Below are positions 43,848 to 58,300 of a stretch of 64,000 bases of DNA, piece by piece. Both the position numbers and the translations under genes were made by a program. A model generated the notes under the pieces. The model searched no databases and was not told where the DNA came from. It was given only the letters and a program-made list of their open reading frames with translations. Position 1 is the stretch's first letter. The number at the start of each line of letters is the position of its first letter. The DNA lies in NCBI RefSeq assembly GCF_964355755.1, contig NC_092671.1, forward strand, positions 16,182,001-16,246,000, in the 5' to 3' direction. This stretch comes from Antedon mediterranea (taxonomy: Eukaryota > Animalia > Echinodermata).

Positions 43848-46800
43848 TTAATGAGACTCCCATTTTGGGTTCCCCTTGTACCTTAGTATGGGTGTCCCAT
43901 GAATAGCAGTTGGCGTAGTCTTAATACATTTCTTACTTGTTCATTTCACGAGAAAGTGTCCCCTTCATATGGGTGTCCATTGAATATGTGTCCGGTGAAT
44001 GTAGGTGTCCGGAATAAAGGTGTCCATTGATAAATGTGTCCGGTGAATAAAGGTGTCCATTGGATAGGTGTCCATTGAATAGAGGTGTCCACATAATAGG
44101 CGCGTGTCCCAAAATAGCAGTTATACACTGTATGTAGTTCCTATTGTATTACATTAAAATATATACAGTACATGCATATTACTGTATCATCATCAGTTAC
44201 GCCTCTGCTGGGCTTTCACTAGCTTTCATGTCATTTTCCTCTGTAATGGACAGGATGGTTTTGTAAACAAACACATAAAGTATAAACCATTTACAGGAAT
44301 AATGTACGGAATGTTAAGATTGCACTCTAAATCATACATTAATGTAAATTTAATTTGGCGACCTGTATACATTATTCCCATGTACAATGTACTTAATGTA
44401 TACATACGATAAAATCAAGATGAGGTAATGATGTGTACATTTCGATACAATCAATTGCTAGTACATAGCCATGTTTAAGTGCATTACGGTAATGTGTAGG
44501 TGTTAATAATAATTGTATTGACAGATATAGGCAAGAACGATGTTCAAATAGCTAAGATGTCCACTACCTGATCGACTAATGCTTTGATTTTCTTCGTTAA
44601 GTGATTCAGTAATTGTGGTATATTTACAGGATTTAGATTTGGCATTCCCGGAATATTGACTTTAACAGTGAAGCCCTATTAATAAAAAATTGTCCTCGTA
44701 ATAAGGGTTAGTAATAGGCTAGACTATTTTCATGTATACCCTTAAAAGAGATGTCTCCTCCTGAATAGGGGTTGGTCGGAGTTGGTGTTACCCGATAACC
44801 CGATTTGAGGAGGAGCTCTGGTACGAAAGAAAAATCGTGTGTTAAAATCTAATATAGCCCCTCATTCACATCACGGGAATGTGTCAGCTAAATAAATAGG
44901 AGTGTCCGAAAGGAGGACAGATTCTACTCAGTATAATCAGAATTATCATTTTGTGGGTCGGTTTTTCTTTTTAAAGTTAAAAGATGAGCTTTATAATAAC
45001 AATTGGCGGTTTAAAAATGTGTTATTGTCTCCTGAGTTTATTTACGTTCACCTTGCCTTGTTTGGATATTAGTAGTTGATATTTTTTTTGTACTTTATTA
45101 TAGCATGTTTGTATGCATGAACTAATGTAGATAAAGGTACATTCCCAGCAATTTGAATCTACTTAATTATACGTTTTAAGCACGTTCTAGACAGTTTTAT
45201 TAATCTACTTGGAATTAAGTTGAAAAGTTGACTTTAATTGCTACGTGGCAGAATACGCTAATTGTAATTGTAATGGGATTGAACGAAATTAATATCGATA
45301 GGGACATCTTAAATGATATCAAGATGAAGATACTATTTAGTATTACACAAGTGTATTGATGCAAGAGTGCAATAACGTTAGCAAAGGTCTATGTTTTGAA
45401 ATTTAAACTTAACTTCAAACTATGTATTTTTAGGAATTTAAAAGATAATTAATTTATAATTGTTAGAATACGAGTTTGATAATATTAAATTAGATAAATA
45501 GTACCTTTAATTTTAACTATTTATTGACTTTTTAGGAAAGTTCAGTACATTGCTTGTATTTGTCGCCCTCTATCATATTTTAATGATGCCTCCTGATTGG
45601 CTAAATGTTTAGTACACCCCTCCCCTATTGGCTTATTATTATGCTCGTATAGATTAATCATTAAAAATAGATAGGTTTCATTTAATGTTTTATGCCATTT
45701 AGCATGCAAACAAACGTGGCTTGATGTAGACTTATAAACCGAAATGTGCTTGTAATCTAGACATTTTGTAGCCTTCGTTTCATTTAACTCAGTAGCGCAT
45801 ACTGTACTATAGCAAGTAACATACTTGATCAAATTAAGATTACCTGGTGTTTTATTATTCTCATTTAGTTGTTCATATAGTTGTGCGCATGCCCTCTGTA
45901 CATTGATCGTTATAGTTCAGAATATTGACTACCGTATGTCCAAGTCTTTTATTAACCATTGCTGGGATTATTTTATTAGCGTATTAATGTATGATTAATG
46001 GTAATGTTTGTATTTTATCGGTGTAAACACGGAATCAGTATCTTGTAATACTAATACAGTAAATAATGTTTACGGCATATAATGTTAAAAGATAACTTGA
46101 ACAGTACAGTACAGTACGTGTGTGGCTATTATTGCGTGGTATTGAAAAATAATATTAAAAGTCTTCATCATTCGTCGGAATATTAATTTAGTTATTATCC
46201 ACACTAACCGTTCGTCGTATATATGATTACAAAGAAAAAAATCATTAAGCTTATAGCTTAGTGGTTAAAAGCACGAAGCTTGGATAATTAATAGGAATGT
46301 TAACTGTCCCGGGAGAGGATTCTAAGTAGCTCACCACCTAAGCGGTAATAAGCAAGGCAACTCGTATTTTCGTTCGAGCGTATCGTCAAGCTGTATCTTT
46401 ACCTACATAATATAACACACATTAATAATAGATCATAGTTAATGAATTTATAACAGATTTAGGTCTGCGCACCGACCACCGATATAACAAATATAATTGA
46501 TTTCTGATAGATAGATAGATTGATAGATAGATATGGATAGAGATTGATTGATCTCTTTATTCTTTTAACAAAACGAAGAGAGAGAAAACATACCAATTGT
46601 TATTGCTTATAAAATTTAATGAGAAAAATAATACTACTACTAATTATTTGTAATTAACATGTGCTTTACAAGATTCCCTTAGCTGTAACTAACTTAAACT
46701 AACAATAGACTGTACTAATTTAATGTATTGTGATTTGAAATGATTTAAATGTTACTGATATGCATGCCGATATTTGCATACGGCATTTGTATTTTGGAAA

Positions 46801-46901
46801 GACGTCACAAACACATTTGAAACAATAAGTTATTTTCCTATACAACACAATGTTCAACAACTAACGTGGAATATACTTGTAATATGTCCCATTCTAACTA
46901 A

Positions 46902-47307
46902 AGATTGGTTCCTACTAGAACCGCAACGTAAGATCGTAGCAACGCAAGCGAGTTGACCAATGACAAGCGACAGTTCAAATATTTTATCGCTTGTGATTGG
47001 TCAAATCACTTGTGTTAAGTGCTTGTGTTGCGTTTCTAGTGGGAACCAAGCATAAGCAAACGTAAATTACACATAGTTATGTTGACAGTTTTACCAAGAT
47101 CACCAGTCACATTGGAGCGAAGATCATCACAATTATCCACGTCTTTATATTAAGCTTAGTTCCCTGCACATGGGCGCAGCGTAGGGATGTAGCCCGTCAA
47201 TTTGACCAACCACGACGTGTGAGTCATCCAAAATGTCGCCTGTGATTGGTCACCTCACTTTTCGTTATGTTGACGCGTCGCTGCGTTACGTCCAAGTGGA
47301 CCCATTG
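46902..47307. mobile_element. Two adjacent family D MITE copies
   Basis: GACCAAT.ACAAGCG / CGCTTGTGATTGGTC core and GTGGGAACCAAGC terminus. Confidence 0.7.
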
Positions 47308-48132
47308 CATTATTTAGTAATAGCAATTTATTATATGACGAACACACACAATGTGACAATATGCGTATTAAATGCGTCAATTTAATATACTTATCCGTTG
47401 TATCCTGACTAGATGTATATTTAAATTATTTTAGTTATAGGATTGAAATGTAAAGATTTTACACTGATTAGAAAACAAACTAATCTAGTTCTGTTGAAAT
47501 GAATGACGAAACCATCATCGTTTAATTCGTATAAGCGTTGTACACTTTGTAACACGCATATTAAATTTGAACATCCAATTGACTTGTACATTATTTTATA
47601 GATAGAGCCATTAATTGATGCAATCCAAGTAGTTGTCACGTGTTTTTAGTTGACTATTGTCATTAGCTCGCCCCCGTCCTCTTTTCGTAATTTGATTTCA
47701 GAATTCCTTACAACGTTGGTAAATGCTATTCCTGTTTTAATTCTCCAGTTTTCTAACGACAGCACGGTGAACGATTATGTGTTAATCAAATGTACTTTAT
47801 TTTGAAGAGTACTGTAATTAGATTAACATCAAACTATTTGATAGATTGGTATAAGAACAGTCAACTTTTTATTAATAAAAAGCACTTAAGAATTTACAGT
47901 ATCTCAATAATAGAAAATAATTTTAAACATTATTTATTCTTTTAAGCTTAATATAATTTAATTATAAACCAAAACTGGAATATATTTATTATTTACTTTA
48001 CAGTCTATTATGTGGCACCTAAGTGACCAACCATCTTGATAACATATAGTATAATATAGCAAACCATGTGGAAGAAAGTTGCAGTCAACAGACAAGAAAC
48101 TGCGGCGCTTTTTATTGTCGCTATAGTACATT

Positions 48133-48254
48133 AGAGAGATCACAGGATTGGATGTGTGCACAGCTTCTCGCTATGCTCAGGATAGAGATGGGTGGAATGT
48201 CATCATAAGCAGGAGCACAAAGGGTCAGTCATGACTCACAGGACCACGACGACG
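48133..48254 (+). mobile_element. 5'-truncated RTE-clade LINE 3' end
   Basis: Encodes REITGLDVCTASRYAQDRDGWNVIISRSTKGQS* (A.DR..W motif), (CGA)n tail, 10-bp TSD ATAGTACATT. Confidence 0.8.
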
Positions 48255-49239
48255 ATAGTACATTGTACCGTGGTATTGAGCGAGCAACCCAATCTTTATT
48301 ATCTTGGATGGTGTACTGTGAATGTACCTACCAAGAAAATATAATGTTTGCAGTTTTCCAATTATATGAACGAACGAAGTGATTGTTGTCATGTGTAATA
48401 TACTAGACCTATTTATAGTTGATTAATCTCAAAGATTTAGCTTCGAATTAATATTTTGAACGTCATCACACGTGGAAAAGAAACAATCACGCACGGTTTT
48501 TGTGAATGTACGTCGAGTTCTATGATGTTTGTTTGCCAAATTCATAAATGAAAATGTGATCATTTAACGGTGCTTACATAGTGGAGATAAAGGACAATAC
48601 ATCAACATCAACATGTTTTTATACACAATACGTAAATTAATGTATACCGGCCTTCTTGAATTAAATTCATTCTGGTATCGGTAATACTATGGTTATCCCG
48701 GTGATTATTCGGCGTTTGGTTGTCCCAACGCATGAGAGATGAACTACACTCTATCGTTAGAGACGTTAAACATATTTTAGTTTTATGGTTGGAGTGATAA
48801 TCTATGGACCACGTCAGATAGATTAGTATATACATACTTAACATTGCATAACTACAACAGTCAACATTTATTCAACAATAACATCTATCCTTATTTTAAT
48901 TCATCACTGACGTCACGAAAAGACATAACATCAACACGTGGGCACGAATGCACAACGTATCGGCGTTGGCATGTGTGCGTTAAACGTTCCTTCTCGTGAT
49001 GTCACTAACGTATTATGAGACTTATTACTAAGTGAATTAAAAAAATAGCATATCAATGTTAAACTCTTATTATTCTTAATTGAAATATTTTGTCAACCTG
49101 TTAATTAAATTACAATGTGGTCTTTATGTTTTCCATTAGTGTTACAGTAATTGGGTGAAAGGCAGATGCAGTAGGCCTATTTGTTTCTAGATTTGTCCTA
49201 TCCTGTGTTGTGTATACTACGCTTGTCTGTAAAACTTGG

Positions 49240-49328
49240 TCAATATTCTCCGTTCTCTCCGGCATCTTGCATGAACGGTTTCTTGTACGTTTTTGACGAT
49301 GTTTGAGCTTTCAACCATTTTTCAATTT
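49240..49328 (-). CDS. Neuropeptide precursor last coding exon
   Basis: ttttctatcaacag acceptor, phase-compatible, (E)IEKWLKAQTSSKTYKKPFMQDAGENGEY-TGA. Confidence 0.75.
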
Positions 49329-52300
49329 CTGTTGATAGAAAATAGATAGATTAGATATATGTTACAATACAGCTTAAATTGGAAATACAAGGAATGATGA
49401 ATGGAAATGTTTATTTAGCCCGGTTTAATAATTGTAGGATATATTTAGAGAACCCTTATGAACAAAGGAAAATAGGTTATGGAGTGAAGGCCTTTAATTT
49501 GAGTGACGATGATTGAATGGACCACTTGGTACTGTACATTTCAACAGTAAGAAAAGTCAGTATAACAGAACATAACGATAAATATTGTTGAAGATTGGTA
49601 AAGATTAGGTTAGCAGACCAAGCTAAAATTCCTTCTTGAATTAAATTCATTCTGGTAATACGTGTTTCAGTCTATGGTTATCCCAGTGAGTATTCGGCGT
49701 TTGGTTGTCCCAAAGCATGAAAGTTGAACTACACTCTATCGTTAAATACGTTGGAGTGATAATCCATGTAGCCAAACAACTGGCTTGCTTTCCGAAAATG
49801 GTTGGGTATTTGGAAAAAAGGCAATATGTAGTAGTGTATGCCAGGAAAAATTTTATTCAGGAGACTCCGGTGAAGTTATTATGTCAAACACAGAGGTACG
49901 AGATCTGGAAATTAAAACAAATACATAATAATGGAAAATATTATATTATAGACTAGTCAAGAAATGCTGTAGGCATTTCGTGTTAAAAGCAAATATTAAG
50001 TTAATAGATTTATATATTTTTTATTTTATTGTTAAATGTTTTATATTTTTGTCATCACGTGACCTTTCCATCTTGGCAATGTGTAACTATATAATGAATA
50101 CAGAGATTATAACTCAATCGTGCTTGAACTACTGAAAGAAACTCGTTATCCTAATTAAATAGTTAATTATCGAAATTCAACAAAACGTGTATTCGAATCT
50201 AGAAAGATCAACGATCTTTAAGTGTAAATAATCTATACTTCAGTACCCTTTTACACTTGAGATATCCACTCAATATACAATCATCGATCTGGGTTACTGA
50301 TGCAATAAAAATCAATCACCCTTTGTCGAAAGTTAATGGATTTAATTGGTTCCATTTCGCGCTTCTACTTGTAATTTCCACCTATGTGTAGACGCTTTGC
50401 TTATTGTGCTTAAAGCGCGGATCTTACATAAGAATCTGCTGAAGTAGTCAATGATTTAATCATTAAATATAAATTGATATTCAAAAACAACGATTGATTC
50501 ATATAACAACAAATTAATTAAGAGCCAAATGTACAGGGAGCTTGGTTGCTGTACATGTTACAAGTACAACTCAGTGAGCACTATTCGTTTTACAGTAAAG
50601 CTCTGTCTACACTATCAAACTAGTTTGACAAAAAAAGTGTGATGTACCCAAATATAGTAGTGATATGCCCAAACATGGTAGTGATATGACATCGTGTCTA
50701 TATATGGGCACATCACATGTTTTTGTTACATAAAATTTGATTTGTGTAGACAAGGCTTAATGCTATATTATTCTTCCAAAAGCAAAGTTCCTTAATACAG
50801 TAGGAGTGTCCCGTGAATACTGGATTGGCCGTACTAATGAATAGTACTGACTATCTTTTATTTCTCACGAAAGTCTCCTCAAATGGGTGTCCTAAAAAAA
50901 CATATTGCCGCTCGTTCATTTCGCAAGTGTCCCCTTAGTAGAGGTGTCCTAAGGAAGGCCTTCATTTGTACGTTCCACTACTACTTTGACCATCATACAT
51001 ATTCAACACCATGTTAATTGTCTAGGTGAATGACCAGCTTAAGATTTTGTTTGTTGAAATGACAATTTAAACGGAAACCTTAGCGCCGACAATTCCTTCT
51101 AAAATGTCTTTATATGATAAATGTTAACCAAATAATGGTTAAAACTTTACAATTTGACATCTGTGAATATATGAGATAATTAATAACATTGTGCTGTCAA
51201 TTCCAGTGGGGTGTGTTTACTGTATAAATATTATTCAAGGTATTGTAAATTTTTTTTTGAAATTATTAATCAAAATGTCATGGTTTTTATCTTCATTGTA
51301 GTTTCAGTTATATGCATGCTTTTTTCATGGGGTTAATTTATCGAGAATTTTGGAAAAAAACTTCAATTTTATAAATTACATACATTCTGACAATTAGTTT
51401 TAGTCCACATTTAAAGATGTATTGTCCCCCCAAACACATGAAAAATGAAGATTAATAAAAAAAGAATTTGAATAGGTCATTTCGCAGTTTAATAAAGGTA
51501 ATCACTTCCGTAGAAAAAAACACTAACAATATAATGTTTTCACTTATAAAAATACAAATTAAACGTTTAAATTCAAACCTAAACCCATTTAATTGACTTC
51601 CAGTCAATTTGATTATTTTTTGCTTTAATTTACAGGGTTTTTTTCAGATTAATACATTTTTTCCATCAATTTTTTTGGTCAAAGTCAATAGCAATACAAT
51701 TTTTCAGAGGGACAATATGTCTTTAAACATTTTTAACTGTAATTTTACTTTAGCCTTTTACACATCATGTGGAATTTAATGAATTTAATGTGAAGCGGAG
51801 GCAATTAATTTACAAAGATCAAGTCGTCAATCACCTTTGTACGTTGTCCATTATTTCCAAATTTATGATACTTTACCATTATATTCTGACAATTATTTTC
51901 AATTTACTTTAGTAAAATACATATTCAAACATTGTTTTAACGGCAAAGTAATGTTACTTTACCCTGTTATATGCCGAAAATATAGTGATGCCAACCGAGA
52001 TGGTAATGCGTCGGCGTAACCAGTTGGGACATTCCTTAACGAATACTACATTACCAAGTTGACAATGTATTGACACGAAATAGCAATGAATGACCACTTA
52101 GAATAAAATGGATAGGACGAATGGAAATATTTGTATACAGAGTATATGAGTAATGAATATATATGACGCCATTTTATTTATATATTATTCATTTGAGGGC
52201 ATTTTACTTCTCATTTAAATTATACGAATTTTTAGCAATTTCGTATGAATTAAGTCTCCACTATACTAGTTAACTTGCATTATAGCGATGTGCGTTTCTA

Positions 52301-55300
52301 TTGCATTTGAAGGTAGCAACAATCATGTATACAGTATTTACCATCCATTTTCAAAGTTAATTCAAGTTGTCATCATAGACATCCTATTAATCAATATAGG
52401 CTAATTGTCAGCATGTATTAATCGCAAATGTCATTATCATAGTAATCGTCAACATAATCATCATTATCATTTATATCAGCATCGTCATCGAAATCATAAT
52501 TTAATCATCATCGACATCATGGAAATCTTTATCCATAGTCATCATGGTCAATATCATGGTCAGCATATATCAATCAATATAAAGCTTTGACGCAGGGACG
52601 TAAACAAAACGCAATAATTTGACCAATCACAAGCAAAGGATTATACGAACTGTCACTTGTCATTGGTCAACTCTCTTGCGTTGCGATGACGTCCTTGCGT
52701 TGCGTGATAGTGAGAACCGAGCTTTTGTATTATCATAACACGATGGATTGTTCAAACTGTCGCTTGTCATTGGTCCACTCAACTGCTTGCGCTGCGCTTA
52801 CGCCGTTGCTTTACATTGGAACCAAGCCTTTAATAATCGTCATTGGCATCATAATAAGAATCGTCGAATATAATACTGTATCAATTGTTATCTGCATATT
52901 TTGTTTGTTTGTTTGTTTGTTTTATCTTTATACTGGGTGACCTCTTCAGTCAAAGACTGATCTCCCAGAGGGCCCAGTTGGTGATCAGTGGCCGTGATGT
53001 ACTAGCACACCGGGGTAACCCCCTACTCGTCTCGAAAGATGTACTAGGTTGTTTAAAGTGCACACGAGCAAGTTGTGTACACTGGACCTACGGTTTATAG
53101 TCCTTATCCGAGAAGACTCGTTCTACCACCAGAACCATGGAGTGAGTGAGCCTCGAACCCCTGCCGATGTTATGGCTACGTGATTACGGTTCCACTGTCT
53201 TAACCGCTCGGCCACTCACTCATAGTTAATTGTATCCGACATTTCTTTGCAAATACTATTATGCCCACAAATATGATTGCATCTACCATGATTTTAAGTC
53301 ATTCAAGCGGATACAATTTCATTTTTAAGTATGATTTCACTTTCTGCCTGTTAAATGACAATTCAATTCATCCTTAATTAGTAATGATGAAGGTTGGCAA
53401 GTTAAATTTAATTATTATCACACATAATATAAATATTAAACGTTAATATAACAGTTATTATTTTCAAACTGTATTAACTTTATGCAAATAATAAACCAAA
53501 AAGAAACCTGATATAGAAACCTATAGTTAATAAGATTAGAGTTGAATTAAACAAAAAAGTAATTAAACTTGACATTTTAAAAAGCACGAATATATTGTTT
53601 AATATTTAATAATATAGTTCTTTAAATTGAATACGTACGGCCGTATGCATATCATGGTCAGCATATATCAATCAATATAAAGCTTGGACGACCGTATACA
53701 TTTACTTAATTCAAATAGGCTGTGTATATGTATGTCTGGTTTGGACATTTCCAAAACACACCTGCCATTAACATACTGTAAACACTGACAATACAAATTA
53801 ATAAATTAAATTTCAGTATATCACCGGGCGGTTTCGAATTAATGTTTATTGCCTAATGTGTTTATATATAATACCCACAGCATTGTCATTTTTTTCAGTA
53901 ATTTGCCTTTGGATTTATATATATATATATACGAATTTGTAAAGCGCCAATTCCAACAACAATTAGTGATCATAAGGCGCTGTGGACATAAATGTTACAT
54001 CTTTTAAACAACATTCTTCTCCCCTAAGGGTCACATCGTGTCATCGGCAGCCAACTACGGCGCCATTACGTCTGTCCACGACAGTGTGTTTGTATGAACT
54101 ACTGTAGTACACCGGGGTAACCCCTACTCGTCTTGAAAGATGTACTAGGTTCTTTAAAGTGAGACAGATGTACACTGGATCTACGGTTTATAGTCCTTAT
54201 CCAAGAAGACTTCTCATTTGTGGACCCCTATTCAGGGGACGCCCTATACTCAGGGGACACATTCAGAGCACATCCCTATATAGGAAGATATTTTGCCGTT
54301 AAGGGTATTAGAGGAAAACAAATTTTAACACTCTACCTATCAGTAGAAACCCATATTAGCGAAGTGTTCCCCTTAATAGAAGTACTGCGTGTACATTGCT
54401 AAAGTTTCGATATGTATCATTATATATTGTATGACGGTTTGCATGGCGAAATGAATATGTTGATATAAAGTTTGCGGTACAGTCAAAGTATATTGATCGA
54501 AATGTCAAGAAACTAAATACAGTAGTTCTTTTCAGAACTCCTATACGTGGTGTACAGCAAACGCAAAAAAGTAAAAGGGAATATATTTCATTGGAAGTAC
54601 CAATACTGTATAACATGCAAGAAATCTGCCTGTAAATCCTCCGCAGCAGGATAGCTCGAACATAAACAAAGTTGATGTACATTTAGTATAAACTGTATAG
54701 AATTGTGATATTAACTACAATAATTGTTTACCTCTCAAAAGTTCCAAGTCAATTTTAGTTGAATCATCTTCTTCTGATAAAAGGTCAGGTGTTGCAGATT
54801 CTAAGATATTGTCACGACGCGTGTTTTCTTGTTGTAAAAGATCATCAAATGGACTTCGTCTACCTGGCATCAAAATGAAGTTACTTTTTGGGTGTCCTCG
54901 TCTTGCGGAGACACTTTCAACGTGTAACAGCGCTAATAAAACTGTCATTGCAACTAGGCATGAAACTGAATAACAATAATAATAATGATTATTAAACTTA
55001 GATATACATTGTAAAAATAGTTTAGATCTTAAACATGTATTTTATACCCACGTTTAGGTTTTAAACGTGTTTAATTTTCCATATGTGGAGATCAAGGTGT
55101 GGAGCTTTTTTCCGCCACAGTAAAATCGTATATGCACGCAACGCTAAACACGTACCTAAACATGTTTACTGCTAATTACATGTGGATAAATTAAACATAA
55201 TAGTGACATAATAGTGACATGTTGATAACGAATGGAGGAAAACAACATGTAGCGATACGGTTAGGTTTTAAACACTCTAAACATGTAACTACGTGTTTAA

Positions 55301-58300
55301 AAGCTCCACACTGTTTTTTACAATGTATAAGACAACAATTATGGTATCTTGTACACGCGTGCTTCAACTTTCCGCTGTGTGTTGTGTATGACTGGAAAAA
55401 ATATAAAATAAAAAAAATATGAATTTATTCATTATACATATTTAAACATTTGCAACAAAATTAAATTAAACTTTATTCGACTCTTAATTCTGAAAAAAAA
55501 AAAATGATTACACATTTCATTTTGAATCAAAACTAATTCACAAAAGTATACTCTGTGTAAATATTATGATGTAGTTTATTGTTCAATTATTGTCATTGGT
55601 TATGTTGATTAAAATGGTATGTTTATGTTAGTGAACGTAGTGACGTAAGACTAAAACATTCTATAACTATGTAATTAAACAACTCATAGGTTAAAATAGC
55701 AAGATTCATTCAATTAAAAGCTTAAATGCTTTTTATGATGTCACACTTTCTAAACATCATTCGATCATATATTATTGATTTCTGAAATAATTGTTTTTAA
55801 TACAATGGTTTAGAAAGATATTTATTTTCATTTTCTAGTACTTTGTATTTCATTTGTTATTGTTCTTAAATGCAGTAGAACCGCTATCGAGTGGAAACAA
55901 CAAATTTGCAAAACATAATATATATGTTCGGAAGGAAATGGTCCATTAATAAAGGTGGTGTCTCCTTAATAGGAGTTTCCAAAGAAGAGGTTCTTTATAC
56001 ATTTATAATATAGTTTTCGTTTCTGTGGCATGGAGTTCTTCTTTCCAATAGATTGCAACCAAATATTATGATGTAGTTTCAATGATATTGTATTATTTAT
56101 TTAATGTTCAATTATTGTCATTGGTTATGTTGATTAAAATGGTATGTTTATGTTAGTGAACGTAGTGACGTAAGATTAAAACATTCTATAACTATGTAAT
56201 TAAACAACTCATAGGTTAAAATAGCAAGATTCATTCAATTAAAAGCTTAAATGCTTTTTATGATGTCGTTACACTTTCTAAACATCATTCGATCATATAT
56301 TATTGATTTCTGAAATAATTGTTTTTAATACAATGGTTTAGAAAGATATTTATTTTCATTTTCTAGTACTTTGTATTTCATTTGTTATTGTTCTTAAATG
56401 CAGTAGAACCGCTATCGAGTGGAAACAACAAATTTGCAAAACATAATATATATGTTCGGAAGGAAATGGTCCATTAATAAAGGTGGTGTCTCCTTAATAG
56501 GAGTTTCCAAAGAAGAGGTTCTTTATACATTTATAATATAGTTTTCGTTTCTGTGGCATGGAGTTCTTCTTTCCAATAGATTGCAACCAAATATTATGAT
56601 GTAGTTTCAATGATATTGTATTATTTATTTAATGTTCAATTATTGTCATTGGTTATGTTTATTAAAATGGTATGTTTATGTTAGTGAACGTAGTGACGTA
56701 AGATTAAAACATTCTATAACTATGTAATTAAACAACTCATAGGTTAAAATAGCAAGATTCATTCAATTAAAAGCTTAAATGCTTTTTATGATGTCACACT
56801 TTCTAAACATCATTCGATCATATATTATTGATTTCTGAAATAATTGTTTTTAATACAATGGTTTAGAAAGATATTTATTTTCATTTTCTAGTACTTTGTA
56901 TTTCATTTGTTAGCGTTCTTAAATGCAGTAGAACCGCTATTGAGTGGAAACAACAAATTTGCAAAACATAATATAATAAAACTATATATCTTGCTAAACC
57001 ATTGTATTAAAAACAATTAATTTAGAAATCAATAATATATGATCGAATGATGTTTAGAAAGGAAGGAAATGGTCCATTAATAAAGGTGGTGTCTCCTTAA
57101 TAGGAGTTTACAAAGAAGAGGTTCTTTATACATTTATAATATAGTTTTCGTTTCTGTGGCATGGAGTTCTTCTTTCCAATAGATTGCAACCAAATATTAT
57201 GATGTAGTTTCAATGATATTGTATTATTTATTTAATGTTCAATTATTGTCATTGGTTATGTTTATTAAAATGTTATGTTTATGTTAGTGAACGTAGTGAC
57301 GTAAGATTAAAACATTCTATAACTATGTAATTAAACAACTCATAGGTTAAAATAGCAAGATTCATTCAATTAAAAGCTTAAATGCTTTTTATGATGTCGT
57401 TACACTTTCTAAACATCATTCGATCATATATTATTGATTTCTGAAATAATTGTTTTTAATACAATGGTTTAGCAAGATATATAGTTTTATTAGTACTGTA
57501 ATAGTACTATTATGTACGTAGTAGAGTAGAACCACTATTAAGTGTAAATACTTTATTTGTCACTGTCTCATAACATAATATAATAAGACTTCATTAACAT
57601 ATATGACAAAAAGTGGACCCCTTCACCCCCAAATTGTCCAGAGTGTCAAAACATAATATAGGCCTAATCCTCATTCGGAAAGGAAATGGTCCCTTAAATA
57701 ATTGGTGGTGTCCCCTTGATAGGAGTTTCCAAAGGAGATTTACTATTTTAGTTTTTTTTCCGCTGCATGATTGTTCCTTCCAATAGATTGCAACCACGAA
57801 CTCATTGTGTTTTGTAGGGGTTTCTTTTTTCTTTTAAAGGTGTAGGCCTAATGTACTTTAGGATAGTTTCCGTTTCTGTAATAATTTTATCAAGATAGTA
57901 ACCATCACTATCGATTTTTTTTTTGTAGCGGAAACACTTCCTGAATACACCACTTAATATAATGAGTTAAAATTCGAAATGTAGTAACATTACTCGGTTT
58001 CTTGGTACACGTCAGACGTAATTTACCCGTAGAAATCAACATACATACAGCAAAAATTAAATGGCAAATGTAAAGTAAAGGCAAATAGACGATCTTAGCA
58101 ACTAAACACCGCGTTTTAAACCGATTGATTCGAATAGAAAACGATACGCGAAACACCCGTTAAATCATCGTAATTCACATCAATGTAATAGGATGTTAAC
58201 CATTGCTAACCTTAGATTGGCCAAAAGCTTTCCATGAGTAACACTCTAACACGGATTAATTAAGAATAATTGCAGCTTTAATGAAACGAAAATTCATACA

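Noticed and set aside
43946-44128. ORF with repeated QWTP/TGHI motifs
   Set aside because: Derives from GTGTCC sub-terminal repeats of a Tc1-like MITE.
52405-52590. His-rich ORF
   Set aside because: Degenerate (CAT)n-like low-complexity sequence, non-ATG start, no splice support.
54864-54903. Assignment of the peptide to the tachykinin, SALMFamide, NMU or GnRH families
   Set aside because: Diagnostic motifs (FxGLM-amide, L/FxF-amide, PRX-amide, N-terminal pGlu) are absent; left unassigned.
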